Positions 38,801 through 47,447 of a stretch of 64,000 nt of DNA are shown here, piece by piece. Within the stretch, counting starts at the first letter, position 1, and each line of letters begins with the position of its first letter. A program made the position numbers and the translations under genes. This stretch comes from Ignavibacteria bacterium (lineage in GTDB: Bacteria; Bacteroidota; Ignavibacteria; Tepidaquicellales; OLB5): NCBI GenBank assembly GCA_030835025.1, contig JAUQWS010000023.1, forward strand, positions 150,458 through 214,457. The letters run 5' to 3'. The notes under the pieces were generated by a model, which saw nothing but the letters and a program-made list of their open reading frames with translations, was not told the origin of the DNA and made no database searches.

Positions 38801-40826
38801 CTAACTCTCCCTTCCATCCGGATTTGAGCGCGGCAGATATTATTTCTTTTCTCTTTTCATCTGTAATGCTGCCGGAATACAGTACCGGTATGTTCTGTCC
38901 AAGTATTTCACTTTCAAGATAGCCGTAAACAGATTCAAAGGAAGGGTTCACAAATATCGTTTTACTTTTAAGGTCAGTTATAAATACACATTCTTTGATT
39001 CCCCTTAAGGCATGTCCATACAGTTTCAGTCTGTTTTGGACTTTCTCCTTGATTGCCATTTCATCAAGAAGCCTGTTGAGAGTGTTTGCGAGCTCAACCG
39101 TCCTTTCGTTTACCCTGATTTCAAGTTCATCATAAGCCTTCTTCAGACTTTCTTCTGCTTCTTTCCTTTCCAGGAAATTTCCAACCTGTCTTCCGACTGA
39201 TTCAAGCACCTCAAGCAGATCTTCATTGGGCGAGTGGCTATCTTCATTGAAACACTCGATCACAGCAGTTACCACACCATTATCACTTATTGGAATGGCA
39301 AAAGCAGATCTTAATCCAAGATTTAGAAATTCCAGTTTCCTGGGAAAATTGTCGTCCTTTTCAATATCACTTACCCAATAAGATTTATTATCTTTCCAGA
39401 TCCTTCCCGGCAAACCCTCGCCTTTTTTGAAGCTGAAGGTTTTATCATAAACTCCGGCATAATCCCTTAAAACAGGATTCAAGTCACTCCACAGCGCTCT
39501 TTGTGCAAGCTTTTCTCCATCTGCAACCCACGCAATGCCGAATTTCCAGTTCACACCCGTGCAGATATCTTCGAGTACATTTTGAAGAGCTGACTCTGTA
39601 TTAACAGCCTCCGCAAGAGTTTTCGAGACGGAATACTGAATCTTCAGGTATCTTTCGTTGCGCTTTTTCAAATGAATATCCATACAAATACCAACAAACC
39701 CCTCAAATTCATTTGCTTTATACCTGGGTACACCCTTGTTTAGGAACCACTTATATTCACCTGCGCTTGACCTTAACCTGAATTCCACTTCAAAGCTAGT
39801 TCGGTCCTCAAAAGCAGCTGCATATACATCCAGGCAATTCTGAAGATCTTCATGGTGAACACCCTCTATCCATCCGTTTCCAAGCTCTTCATTCATGCTT
39901 CTGCCGGTGAAGTTTGTCCATCCTTTGCTGAGATAAGTGAATCCTTTATTCTTTCCCGAAGTCCAGATCAAAACCGGGGCAGAATCTGCCAATATCCTGA
40001 AACGCTCTTCACTTTCTCTGAGTGAATTTTCGATCTTAATTCTGTTCTCTATTTCTGTTTTAAAACTCTCATTGGTAAGTTTAAGCTCATTAGTGCGCTC
40101 TTCAACCCTGTCTTCAAGTTCATCATATGATTTCCTTAAGAGTGATTCTGCTTCATTCTTTTTTCTAATGAGCTTTCTGGAAATAAAGAGCGATAGTCCC
40201 AGGACAACAAATGCAAACAGACTTGTAAAAATGATGAATAACTGTGTGTCCATAAGGCTGTTTCTGGAAGCGGTTTGCCTTGCTTCAAGAAGTTTAAGCT
40301 CATCCTGTTTTATGCGCGATGTTACTTCGGCTGCTTTGTCTGTTAGATCCTGTGAGAGTATTGCAAGATTTGTCTGTTCCGGCAGAACTTTTTTCTCGGT
40401 TTCAAACAGCGAAAGTGAAGAATCGAGAAGTGATATGCATATCGAAGAAAGGGAATCCAGTTTGTTTACCTCTTGCCGGATCTCGTCTACTGCCGAACCG
40501 GATCGAAGCTTATCAAGCAATATACGAAGTGAGGTCTTCGAATTCCCGAATTCAACCAAATACCTTTTTTCGCCTTTTAATATGTACCCTCTTCTTTGAA
40601 GGTGCAGGTTGGATAAAAGAAGGTCAATTTGGTCTGCAGTTTTCAGAACTTCATTGGTATGGTCAACAGAACTAAGAGTACTTCTGTAAACTTCAATATT
40701 ATTATATGTTTTTATGCTGAGAACGACAAAACAAAGCAAAAAAATCAAAAATGCAGCCGGAATGAACTTCTCCAGCGGAAGTTTCTCAGTAAATCCTTGA
40801 GTTGACCTTTTCTTGTTTTCCTTCAA
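35853..40826 (-). CDS. giant sensor histidine kinase: CHASE3-like periplasmic domain, TM, about 6 PAS and 2 GAF domains, HisKA and HATPase_c
   Basis: 1657 aa. N-terminal TM followed by VDHTNEVL...[18 protein letters not shown] (CHASE3-like). Three tandem units of the KLGSWEWD...IWSDEMF type form PAS domains. The H-box is [15 protein letters not shown] and the G-boxes are DNGQGIP and GTGLGLGLA. The start is TTG. Confidence 0.85.
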   Translation of the reverse strand: MKENKKRSTQGFTEKLPLEKFIPAAFLIFLLCFVVLSIKTYNNIEVYRSTLSSVDHTNEVLKTADQIDLLLSNLHLQRRGYILKGEKRYLVEFGNSKTSLRILLDKLRSGSAVDEIRQEVNKLDSLSSICISLLDSSLSLFETEKKVLPEQTNLAILSQDLTDKAAEVTSRIKQDELKLLEARQTASRNSLMDTQLFIIFTSLFAFVVLGLSLFISRKLIRKKNEAESLLRKSYDELEDRVEERTNELKLTNESFKTEIENRIKIENSLRESEERFRILADSAPVLIWTSGKNKGFTYLSKGWTNFTGRSMNEELGNGWIEGVHHEDLQNCLDVYAAAFEDRTSFEVEFRLRSSAGEYKWFLNKGVPRYKANEFEGFVGICMDIHLKKRNERYLKIQYSVSKTLAEAVNTESALQNVLEDICTGVNWKFGIAWVADGEKLAQRALWSDLNPVLRDYAGVYDKTFSFKKGEGLPGRIWKDNKSYWVSDIEKDDNFPRKLEFLNLGLRSAFAIPISDNGVVTAVIECFNEDSHSPNEDLLEVLESVGRQVGNFLERKEAEESLKKAYDELEIRVNERTVELANTLNRLLDEMAIKEKVQNRLKLYGHALRGIKECVFITDLKSKTIFVNPSFESVYGYLESEILGQNIPVLYSGSITDEKRKEIISAALKSGWKGELVNSRSDGSLFYINLSASVIRDEEGRVDSIVGIVQDITEEKNTRALLEKRNSLLNLLNDVSMGSNKAESVKDYLHLTINKICEYTHWDIGHFLFHKDGVLSSSGIWLDKMAPEFDVFKAYSEELAMDSKNSIFEESLKERKPGWMKVSEMDPKSYNRADLMNKIALKACIWIPVISMNNVIGILEFFIKKETEPDKEIIDCLRNISIELGSYAERNDYLELILEREKHFKAIADTAHDAIVTADSDGKIIYVNSSVTDIFGYKTDDLIGKDLTFIMPEKYRKKHKESFGNNLRTGESKIIGRTIELSGRRSDGSEFPLELSLAKWEMDDRFYFTGMIRDISLRKQIESELIDKQKMLEDSQKIAKLGSWEWDPSTDSVIWSDEMFTIYGLKAGDFTPTFRGFMDCVHPEDAQKVKHILSQAVISKENFDFYHRIILPEGEIKILKAQGEVITDEKGKTLKVVGTGLDVTQVRQAEEKIIESEKKLKEAQRMAKLGSWEWDAVNDIVIWSEEMYNIFEVEQGTIISNDSYLALLDEDGKKQRARAIDEALKNSKPFNYYLKFITPSGKHKLLSSQGEIEKDGSGRILRMVGTVMDVTSIKEAEERIRESEKQLKEAQSIAKLGSWEIDLKQGTISWSDELFRIYEIEPGVESLDYDNMRKFIHQDDRVVMDELTKRMQEMPSNADLDYRIITHKGRLKYLSLDIRVENDSDGKPVRLYGSVQDITEIKLVEEELRKTNAKLIETQKELIHNEKLAALGRFSSGIAHEIRNPLANISALAQLVSKAKIEDEKMKKHLKYILVNTDIANKIIKDLLNFASPEEMVYDHISIKGMIESLINSVEARCVESKIAVSKNINKDLPEIRADKVKLENALLNFISNAIDAMPGGGNLSIRSFFDKVHQEIIIDVIDNGQGIPPENLDKIFEPFFTTKETGTGLGLGLAYQTIRSHHGILNIYSEPGKGTRVEIKLPVRNISENGKNSNNRR

Positions 40827-40848
40827 TTTTTGCCTGATTTGCCTTAAT

Positions 40849-40865
40849 TGTGACAGTTTTGTCAG
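40849..40865 (+). promoter_or_regulatory. candidate enhancer (UAS) for a sigma-54 activator, site 2
   Basis: TGTGACAGTTTTGTCAG contains the perfect inverted repeat TGACA-GTTT-TGTCA. It is centred about 61 nt upstream of the GG of the promoter at 40917. Confidence 0.5.
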
Positions 40866-40916
40866 ACCTTATATGCCTAAATGACTATAATAACAACAAA
40901 AATATCAAAAAAGATT

Positions 40917-40931
40917 TGGCACGATTCTTGT
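40917..40931 (+). promoter_or_regulatory. sigma-54-type (-24/-12) promoter divergent from the kinase gene
   Basis: TGGCACGattcTTGT matches YTGGCACG-N4-TTG with correct spacing. The -12 element is GT rather than GC, as at 34239. Confidence 0.55.
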
Positions 40932-40992
40932 AACATTAAGTCAGTGAACAAAATAGTGATTTTGAAATTAACTTTAAATGAATGGAGGAAAA

Positions 40993-41163
40993 ATGCTTGA
41001 CCACAAAATCAAAAGAGAGGACATAGGTTATCTGAGGCTTCTAATCGATCTGGCACGGCTTGAATATGAAAAAGTAACTTCCAAGAAGAACGATTCTTCA
41101 GATGAACCATCATTAAGTGAAAACGTTAACAGGAGACTGGCTTTGATTAATTTTTATCTGTAA
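40993..41163 (+). CDS. hypothetical small protein (56 aa), first ORF after the sigma-54-type promoter
   Basis: MLDHKIKREDIGYLRLLIDLARLEYEK... The ATG at 40993 is preceded by GGAGGA. The ORF-track start is 40978. Confidence 0.4.
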   Translation: MLDHKIKREDIGYLRLLIDLARLEYEKVTSKKNDSSDEPSLSENVNRRLALINFYL

Positions 41164-41180
41164 GCGCCAAATAACTGAAT

Positions 41181-41603
41181 ATGCCAAATCTGAATATCCT
41201 AATATTGGTAATAGAAGATGACAAGTATATGAACGAGACACTTTGCGATGTACTGGAATCGGAAGGTTATAATGTAGAATCAGCATTAAATGCGCTGGAT
41301 GCAATTAACAAAATAAAGCACAGCGGGAACAAATATCATATCCTGGTTTTGGATTATAATCTTCAATTCCTAAGCGGAATTAACGGTCTTGATATATTTG
41401 AAATTGCCAGAAAGCAGGACCCTGAAGTAAAGGGAGTACTCATTACCGCATACGGAAGGGAAAGAGACCTGAGGGAAAAAGCATATTCAATGGGAATCAG
41501 TTCATTTATAAACAAGCCGTTTATGATTACTGACCTGGTTGAAACAATTGATGAAATAGCCAGGGACTCCGGAGTGAAACAATCCGACAAGATGAAAGTA
41601 TAA
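41181..41603 (+). CDS. single-domain response regulator (CheY-like REC)
   Basis: 140 aa. ILVIEDDKYMNE...HILVLDYNL...VLITAYG...KPF gives the canonical REC acidic pocket, the Thr and the Lys. Confidence 0.85.
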   Translation: MPNLNILILVIEDDKYMNETLCDVLESEGYNVESALNALDAINKIKHSGNKYHILVLDYNLQFLSGINGLDIFEIARKQDPEVKGVLITAYGRERDLREKAYSMGISSFINKPFMITDLVETIDEIARDSGVKQSDKMKV

Positions 41604-41660
41604 ATCAAAATTGATGATCAATTGAAAGAACCAAAAAATGAAAAGAAAGAAGGAGATAAT

Positions 41661-42287
41661 ATGAATACTCTGAAGAAATGCGTAATCTTAATGTTTTCAA
41701 CATTACTGCTGGTAACTGCGTCTTTTTCACAGCAGAATGTAAACACAAATCCGAAAAAAGAGAAAAGCGTAAAAAAGATATATCCGCACGTTTCAATTGC
41801 GCCTATAGGCGGTGCTATATTCCCTCTCACAAAATCATTGAGGGATGAATTCAAACCCGGAGGACTTGTAGGTTTGGATATAGGATACAGGCTGAACAAA
41901 GAGGTAGCTCTATATGGGAAATTCTCATATATCTTCATGTCCTCTAAAGTCACCGGCGCACCGGTTGGAAATTACCTTGAGTTCAGTGCGGGACCTAGAT
42001 ATTACTTCACACATCCAAAACTGAATTCTTCACTGTTCTTTGAAGCGGGTGTAGGTGCTTATAACTTCATGCAAAAAAGTTACGTAAATCCTGCTGATAC
42101 TACCGGCACTGTAATTCCGCAGATCAGTAATATCAAGGCAGGTATAAACGGAGGTATTGGTGTATCTCTGGCATTAAGTAATGCCGTTGATATACTAGCT
42201 AAGGCAAAATATCACAACATCTTCACTCAGAACGGAACACAGGGCTTCATGACAATTAACGGTGGCTTTGAATTCAGGTTCAGGTAA
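41661..42287 (+). CDS. small outer-membrane beta-barrel protein (OmpA-like 8-strand / OMP_b-brl type)
   Basis: The signal peptide is MNTLKKCVILMFSTLLLVTASFSQQ. Alternating beta pattern, ending in ...GGFEFRFR. The ATG at 41661 follows AAGGAGA. The ORF-track start is 41622. Confidence 0.7.
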   Translation: MNTLKKCVILMFSTLLLVTASFSQQNVNTNPKKEKSVKKIYPHVSIAPIGGAIFPLTKSLRDEFKPGGLVGLDIGYRLNKEVALYGKFSYIFMSSKVTGAPVGNYLEFSAGPRYYFTHPKLNSSLFFEAGVGAYNFMQKSYVNPADTTGTVIPQISNIKAGINGGIGVSLALSNAVDILAKAKYHNIFTQNGTQGFMTINGGFEFRFR

Positions 42288-42302
42288 ACTGATAAAGGCC
42301 AA

Positions 42303-42329
42303 TTAAGGCGGGGTAACACCCCGCCTTAA
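42303..42329 (+). terminator. GC-rich hairpin, possible terminator (no T-run)
   Basis: TTAAGGCGGGGT-AAC-ACCCCGCCTTAA is a perfect 8-12 bp stem, but the downstream sequence is AATTATAAGC. Confidence 0.4.
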
Positions 42330-42468
42330 TTATAAGCTTATATCAATGATAAGGAGAATTACAGAACAGCTTAGTGCTCAGTTTTGAAGTAGAGATCATA
42401 CGGAAGTCAACATAACAGATTCTGATCTAAATAAAGTAGACAAAGCATAACCAAACCGAATAATTAAA

Positions 42469-42840
42469 ATGGACGAAAGAACATCATCTAAAGGATTTTA
42501 TATCGGCCTGTTGGCGGGTGGAGCAATTGGAGGTTTGACAGTACTTTTGACTGCACCCAAAAGCGGCAAAGAATTAAGGAAAGATCTGAGGAAAAGAACC
42601 AGGAAAATTGCCGGGAACACAGAAGAGTACATTGATTCTACAAGAAAAAGAGCTACTGAGATAATTTCCGACGGGAAAGACAAGGCAGAAGAACTCGTAA
42701 ACGACGCTAAGAGCATGACCAGCTCAATTATTAACCGCGGCAAAGATTATTTTAGTGAAGAAGTCTCGAAAATGAAGGATGCCTTCAAAGCTGGTGCAGA
42801 TACATTCAATGAAGAAAGTAAGTCAAAGAAAACTCGGTGA
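42469..42840 (+). CDS. YtxH-domain protein (general-stress type, N-terminal Gly-rich TM)
   Basis: 123 aa. It has KGFYIGLLAGGAIGGLTVLLTAPKSGKELRKDL, the YtxH hallmark. Confidence 0.8.
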   Translation: MDERTSSKGFYIGLLAGGAIGGLTVLLTAPKSGKELRKDLRKRTRKIAGNTEEYIDSTRKRATEIISDGKDKAEELVNDAKSMTSSIINRGKDYFSEEVSKMKDAFKAGADTFNEESKSKKTR

Positions 42841-42944
42841 CCCGTTACTTACAGAATGGTCCTTGTTGAAAAAAAGTGATTGTTGGTGTCAAACTGCATA
42901 ATCAGTAAAATAAGGAATTTTCCAGCAAATTATCAGAAAAACAA

Positions 42945-43097
42945 ATGTCTAGGATAATCGATATTTCTAAACACAAAAGTGAGACTTATGAAGATGCGTC
43001 TTTTGATGAGGACATGGAATACGATGAAGAAAATGCGTATAAATTGCTCGGCATTGCAGTTTTTCTGATCTGGATGTTAACGTTTTTTTTGAATTAA
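42945..43097 (+). CDS. possible tail-anchored micro-protein (50 aa)
   Basis: My translation reads MSRIIDISKHKSETYEDASFDEDMEYDEENAYKLLGIAVFLIWMLTFFLN. It is below the ORF-track size cut-off. There is no clear RBS, so this is a weak call. Confidence 0.3.
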   Translation: MSRIIDISKHKSETYEDASFDEDMEYDEENAYKLLGIAVFLIWMLTFFLN

Positions 43098-43123
43098 TCT
43101 TAATTGTACACGGGGCACAATCA

Positions 43124-43270
43124 ATGCTTTGGACGATTTTCATCGCATTATTAATAATCTGGTTAGTTGGGATATTTACGCCGTTCAGCCAGGGGAGCTA
43201 TTTTATCATACTGTTCATTACTGCAGCAGCAATTGTGCTTGTCAGGATCATTGCAGGCAAAAATTCATAA
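43124..43270 (+). CDS. lmo0937-family small membrane protein (48 aa)
   Basis: My translation reads MLWTIFIALLIIWLVGIFTPFSQGSYFIILFITAAAIVLVRIIAGKNS. It is a paralog of 34301-34453 and is absent from the ORF track (<60 aa). Confidence 0.7.
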   Translation: MLWTIFIALLIIWLVGIFTPFSQGSYFIILFITAAAIVLVRIIAGKNS

Positions 43271-43302
43271 ATTGAATTTCTTTTAGAAGTAAGGAGTGAA
43301 TA

Positions 43303-43794
43303 ATGAATAAGGAAAGAATTTTCAAAGAAGAGGTTTACGTGCATTATGATTATTTCTTAAGAGTAGCAAAGAATATGACTCAGAATTTATTTGATGCTGA
43401 GGATCTGCTTCAGGATTCGTTTGCAAGGGCTTACAGGTTTCTGGATTCGTTCGAGCCCGGAACCAATTCAAAAGCCTGGGTGTACCGTATTATGAAGAAC
43501 CTGTTCATAAATTTCAACAGAAAGAAACAGGCTCATCCGAACTACAGCCTGGACAGCATGCAAAATGAGCCATTCATAAGGGAAGACCAAAACACATTAA
43601 GATATTTTGAAGTTATGAAACTTATCGAGAAGATAAAAGATGAATACAGGCAAGTGATCATTCTATATCATCTTGAAGAGCATTCGCTTGCTGAAATATC
43701 GAAAGCACTCAACTGGCCTTTAGGTACAGTCAAAAGCAGGCTACACAGGGCCAGAAAGGAATTCAGAAAGGTCATTTCTGAAACGAATATTTAG
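43303..43794 (+). CDS. ECF-type RNA polymerase sigma factor (sigma-70 regions 2 and 4), copy A
   Basis: 163 aa. Region 2 is DAEDLLQDSFARAYRF...KAWVYRIMKNLFIN. Region 4 is LAEISKALNWPLGTVKSRLHRARKEF. The RBS is AAGGAG. Confidence 0.85.
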   Translation: MNKERIFKEEVYVHYDYFLRVAKNMTQNLFDAEDLLQDSFARAYRFLDSFEPGTNSKAWVYRIMKNLFINFNRKKQAHPNYSLDSMQNEPFIREDQNTLRYFEVMKLIEKIKDEYRQVIILYHLEEHSLAEISKALNWPLGTVKSRLHRARKEFRKVISETNI

Positions 43795-43828
43795 AGACTT
43801 TTAATAAATAGTTGCAGAAGGAGGCGGT

Positions 43829-44149
43829 ATGTTCAACACACTGTATAACCAGCTTTTTATTGAAAGTGAAAACAACGAACTTTTCATATATATTCACCTG
43901 GATAAGCTTTGTGAAAAAAAAGCATCTCTGATACTTGACAAGTACGTTGAGAATTTCAAGAAATACGAATTTGAAAAGATAAATGTTTCATTTTGGAACG
44001 TGAACATACCGGGTGAGCATTTGAGCTCATTCAGGAAAAAGACAAATGCGGCAATCAACAGAATTCTAAAAGGTTTTAAAGTCATCAATTCATATTATGA
44101 TTTCAAGATAAACCTGAAAGTAATAGCCGAGCCGCAATTGATAAATTAA
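43829..44149 (+). CDS. hypothetical soluble protein downstream of ECF sigma A
   Basis: 106 aa with no TM and no zinc-binding anti-sigma motif. It sits where an anti-sigma gene would normally be. Confidence 0.5.
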   Translation: MFNTLYNQLFIESENNELFIYIHLDKLCEKKASLILDKYVENFKKYEFEKINVSFWNVNIPGEHLSSFRKKTNAAINRILKGFKVINSYYDFKINLKVIAEPQLIN

Positions 44150-44299
44150 ACTTACAATATCATTCCTGTTGCAGTATCAATTTGTACTAAATACGATTTG
44201 CCGGAGCTGAGATCATAAATCTGATTTTTAGCTCCGGCATTCTGAAGTGATCCCAAGTCGCGGGTTAAGTCAATAAACCCGGTTCATTTACGACCAAAC

Positions 44300-44968
44300 T
44301 TATCTGGTCGGGATGTAATAGGTAAGCTTAATTTGGGGTGAGAAAAATCCATGTGTAGTGCGATTATCAGAAGTACTTACATTTGATAGCTGGTCTTCGT
44401 GTTTAGGGAAATACACATTATAATCCAGGATCAGCCCGATAGTGAACTTCTTTGCTGCAAAATATTCGGCGCCAACCCCCACATTAAAACCAAAGGATTT
44501 TACGTCATGGTTGTTATTATTGGTTGTTATATCTGCGTTAATGAGTCCGTCTTCAAAATGTTCCCATTGATATGAACCTGCACCAATTCTTACAAATGGT
44601 GAAACAACCGGCTTGCGCAACAAATGACCGAAATTGTAAATTGCATTTATTGATGTTGATAAGTTAACCCACATAGGCTCTTTCCCGGCAGGTTTGTATT
44701 TGCTGCTGTAATGATTGTAACCGGCATAGATAGTTCCTTCAATGCCGAATCCTTTGGTAATGAAATAACTAACACCAACACCAAATTGTGAGCCGACATT
44801 TAAGAAATCAGTGGTTTTTACTGATGAAGAATAATTACCGTTAGTTGGTATATTACCGCCACCGTAAAGTGAAATGCCGATCTTCCCTCTTAAGTCAGTT
44901 TTTGACACTTGTGCATTCACAAGGTAAGGAGTTATTGTTATTATTAATGCTAAGATAAATTTAATCAT
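44300..44968 (-). CDS. small outer-membrane beta-barrel protein
   Basis: 222 aa with signal peptide MIKFILALIITITPYLVNAQ. Alternating aromatic/Gly beta strands, ending in ...KLTYYIPTR. Confidence 0.65.
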   Translation of the reverse strand: MIKFILALIITITPYLVNAQVSKTDLRGKIGISLYGGGNIPTNGNYSSSVKTTDFLNVGSQFGVGVSYFITKGFGIEGTIYAGYNHYSSKYKPAGKEPMWVNLSTSINAIYNFGHLLRKPVVSPFVRIGAGSYQWEHFEDGLINADITTNNNNHDVKSFGFNVGVGAEYFAAKKFTIGLILDYNVYFPKHEDQLSNVSTSDNRTTHGFFSPQIKLTYYIPTR

Positions 44969-45547
44969 TCTTATATCTATTAATTTTGAAATTTTGTTTA
45001 GTTTTGTGCTGCAATTTTTCAGCTTAAAGATTTTAATTCTATTGGGCTTTCTATTTAACTTTATATAGGATCCATATACTTAATCGATTTATGTTTCTGA
45101 ATGTCTTGTTTCTTTACAAATTTAGATTTTCGGCGATTGGATAAAAAATCGAAATTTTTCTAAAATTAAATTCTGAAGCCAAAACACTTTATGACCGAAA
45201 CTACAAAACTCTGCTATTTTTAAGCTTTATGTGCCTTTTTCGGAATATCTAACCGGAATAAATTAAACTGCGATGAAAATGGTCATTTTTGATTTTTAGT
45301 GCCATTTCAATCTCTGAAAATTGAAAAATGGCCTCTAATTGCGAAAATATGTAATTTTAATCATACGAACCACAATGCCCGAAAATCTGTTGTAATCTAT
45401 ATTAAAGACATTCTTGGAATTTGTCTATTATCTCATTCCGAAGGACGGATGAATCGGATCCATTTGCGATGTATTTTTGTTTCTACTATACGTATATTAC
45501 TATATCATGTTAAACTTTGATGAAGTCCAAAAACCAATAAACAAATT

Positions 45548-45853
45548 GTGACTAATATGAAGGAAAACGAGAATTCAAATACACGTGTAACTGTTGATTC
45601 AACAGGCAAAGTAGTCAATCTTACAAAACAGATGTACAAAGAGTCGTTTGCAAATAAAGAGATTATTTTTGCGTCAACGCTCACAGATGCTAGAGAAGAT
45701 TCAATCCTCAGCAGGCCTAAAACAGAAACTTATGAACTGAACGAGGGTAATAATATTGGAGTAACTCTAAGGGTCAGTAATTATACACATGCTAAAGCTG
45801 AGGAGAAAAGGGACATTGCAAACAGGAAAAATCGGGAAAAGATTACGGATTAG
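45548..45853 (+). CDS. hypothetical protein
   Basis: 101-aa ORF (GTG start; an ATG lies at 45557) inside an AT-rich, otherwise non-coding ~1.1 kb stretch. I recognise no motif. Confidence 0.35.
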   Translation: MTNMKENENSNTRVTVDSTGKVVNLTKQMYKESFANKEIIFASTLTDAREDSILSRPKTETYELNEGNNIGVTLRVSNYTHAKAEEKRDIANRKNREKITD

Positions 45854-46020
45854 CCCCTACCTCAGTAAGATGGTTTTTTATGATCTGTGCTGACATCTGA
45901 CATTTTGCAGAAAGCTTAAAATTAGACCCACTTCTTAACAAAAACCGCCTGCAAATTCCGCTTTAAATCAAGATCTCTGTAACCCTTTAAATCTGCGTGT
46001 TTAAAAGATACTTTAATGAT

Positions 46021-46028
46021 TATATTTG
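46021..46028 (+). promoter_or_regulatory. candidate -7 promoter box (TATATTTG) for the aminotransferase gene
   Basis: TAnnTTTG match 32 nt upstream of the ATG at 46060. Confidence 0.45.
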
Positions 46029-46059
46029 TACATCAGAAACTAACCTTATCTGGAGAAAT

Positions 46060-47331
46060 ATGATTACAGAATATAAATTATCTAAGACAGCTCAAAATCT
46101 GATCGGATCGGAGATCAGAAAGATATCAGGAGCAATCAACGAGAGAATTGAAAAAGGGGAAAAAATATACAACTTAACAATTGGTGATTTTTCGCCAAAG
46201 GTTTTCCCCATTCCTGCAGGATTAAAAGAAGAAATAAACAAAGCTTATTGTGAAGACCAGACAAACTACCCTCCTGCTAACGGAGTTAAAATTACGCGTG
46301 AGGCAATATCAGAATTTCTTAAAGAGCGCGGCGGAATAGATTACGAACCGGCCGAGATACTCATCGGAGCCGGCGCAAGACCACTCACATATGCTTTGTA
46401 TATGGCTGTTGTCGATCCGGGAGATACCATCATTTACCCAGCACCCTCCTGGAACAATAACTGTTATGTACAGCTTTCCGGCGGAAAAGGCGCCCCTATT
46501 AATACTTCACCTGAAACAAACTTTGTACCAACAGCTGATTCGATGAAACAGTATATCACTGAAGCAACTTTGATTGCCCTTAACTCTCCATTAAATCCCT
46601 CGGGAACAGCTTTTGCAGAGGATGAACTAAGGAAAATATGTCAAATGGTAGTTGAGGAAAATAAGCGGCGCGGCAAAGAAAGAAAGCCGGTTTACCTGTT
46701 CTTCGACCAGATCTACTGGATCCTTACTTATGGCAAAACAAAGCATTTCAACCCTGTTGAGCTTTGCCCGGAAATTAGGGATTATATCATTTTCATAGAC
46801 GGCATTTCGAAGTGTTTTGCAGCAACAGGTGTAAGAGTAGGCTGGGCTTTTGGTCCCAAACCGATAATTGACAAAATGAACTCGATGATGTCACATATCG
46901 GGGCATGGGCACCAAAACCAGAGCAAATTGGGCTCGCAAGATTCCTGCGAAAAAAAGATGAAGTTGATAAATTCTTCAGGCATTATAAAAACGAACTGAT
47001 GAAGAGGCTGAATATTTTTTATGATACTTTCACACAGCTCAAAGGTGAAGGCTATAAGGTGGATGCGATTCCTCCTCAGGGTGCAATTTACTTGACCGTG
47101 AAGTTAGATCTTAACGGGATGAAAACACCCGGAGGGAAAATACTTGAATCAACAGATGATGTTTTGAAGTACGTTCTTGATGATGCAAAGACGGCTTTGG
47201 TTCCCTTTTATGCTTTCGGTGCTTCCAGAGATTTGCCCTGGTACAGGCTATCAGTCGGAACCTGCAGTTTACAGGACGCCCATGACGCATCAGTTTCATT
47301 AAAAGAAGCTTTACATAAGTTGAAAAAGTAG
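46060..47331 (+). CDS. class I/II PLP-dependent aminotransferase (aspartate-aminotransferase-like)
   Basis: The PLP-lysine motif is DGISKCFAATGVRVGWAFG. I prefer the ATG at 46060 (MITEYKLSKTAQNL, RBS GGAG) over the ORF-track start at 45997. Confidence 0.85.
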   Translation: MITEYKLSKTAQNLIGSEIRKISGAINERIEKGEKIYNLTIGDFSPKVFPIPAGLKEEINKAYCEDQTNYPPANGVKITREAISEFLKERGGIDYEPAEILIGAGARPLTYALYMAVVDPGDTIIYPAPSWNNNCYVQLSGGKGAPINTSPETNFVPTADSMKQYITEATLIALNSPLNPSGTAFAEDELRKICQMVVEENKRRGKERKPVYLFFDQIYWILTYGKTKHFNPVELCPEIRDYIIFIDGISKCFAATGVRVGWAFGPKPIIDKMNSMMSHIGAWAPKPEQIGLARFLRKKDEVDKFFRHYKNELMKRLNIFYDTFTQLKGEGYKVDAIPPQGAIYLTVKLDLNGMKTPGGKILESTDDVLKYVLDDAKTALVPFYAFGASRDLPWYRLSVGTCSLQDAHDASVSLKEALHKLKK

Positions 47332-47360
47332 TGTCTTTTAAGACCGGATTATGCATTATT

Positions 47361-47389
47361 AAAGCCCGTTGATTCAATTAACGGGCTTT
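47361..47389. terminator. hairpin between convergent genes (possible bidirectional terminator)
   Basis: AAAGCCCGTT-N9-AACGGGCTTT. There are only short T/A runs on either side. Confidence 0.5.
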
Positions 47390-47447
47390 ATTATGAAATA
47401 GGGCTAAGCAATGTGTCACCTTGCCTGTTGAATCACAACTATACACC

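Noticed and set aside
42884-42898. Sigma-54-like TGGtgtcaaacTGCA upstream of the 50-aa ORF and lmo0937 copy in module A.
   Set aside because: The GG-to-GC spacing is one nucleotide too short (11 rather than 12), and sigma-54 is intolerant of spacing changes. There is no upstream TGTGACA-type 17-mer.
45180-45210. TGTAGTTTCGGTCATAAAGTGTTTTG (minus strand) resembling the 42-nt element, about 230 nt upstream of the OMP gene at 44968.
   Set aside because: The internal spacings differ (5 nt rather than 7 between TGTAGT and TCAT), and CATCC and rATTG are not in register. It is too weak to count as a copy and is mentioned only as a possible decayed relative.
45299-45520. 73-aa plus-strand ORF in the AT-rich gap.
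   Set aside because: It has a GTG start, no RBS, and a Cys/His/Ile-rich composition typical of random AT-rich ORFs. It is kept only as part of the gene-poor-region observation.
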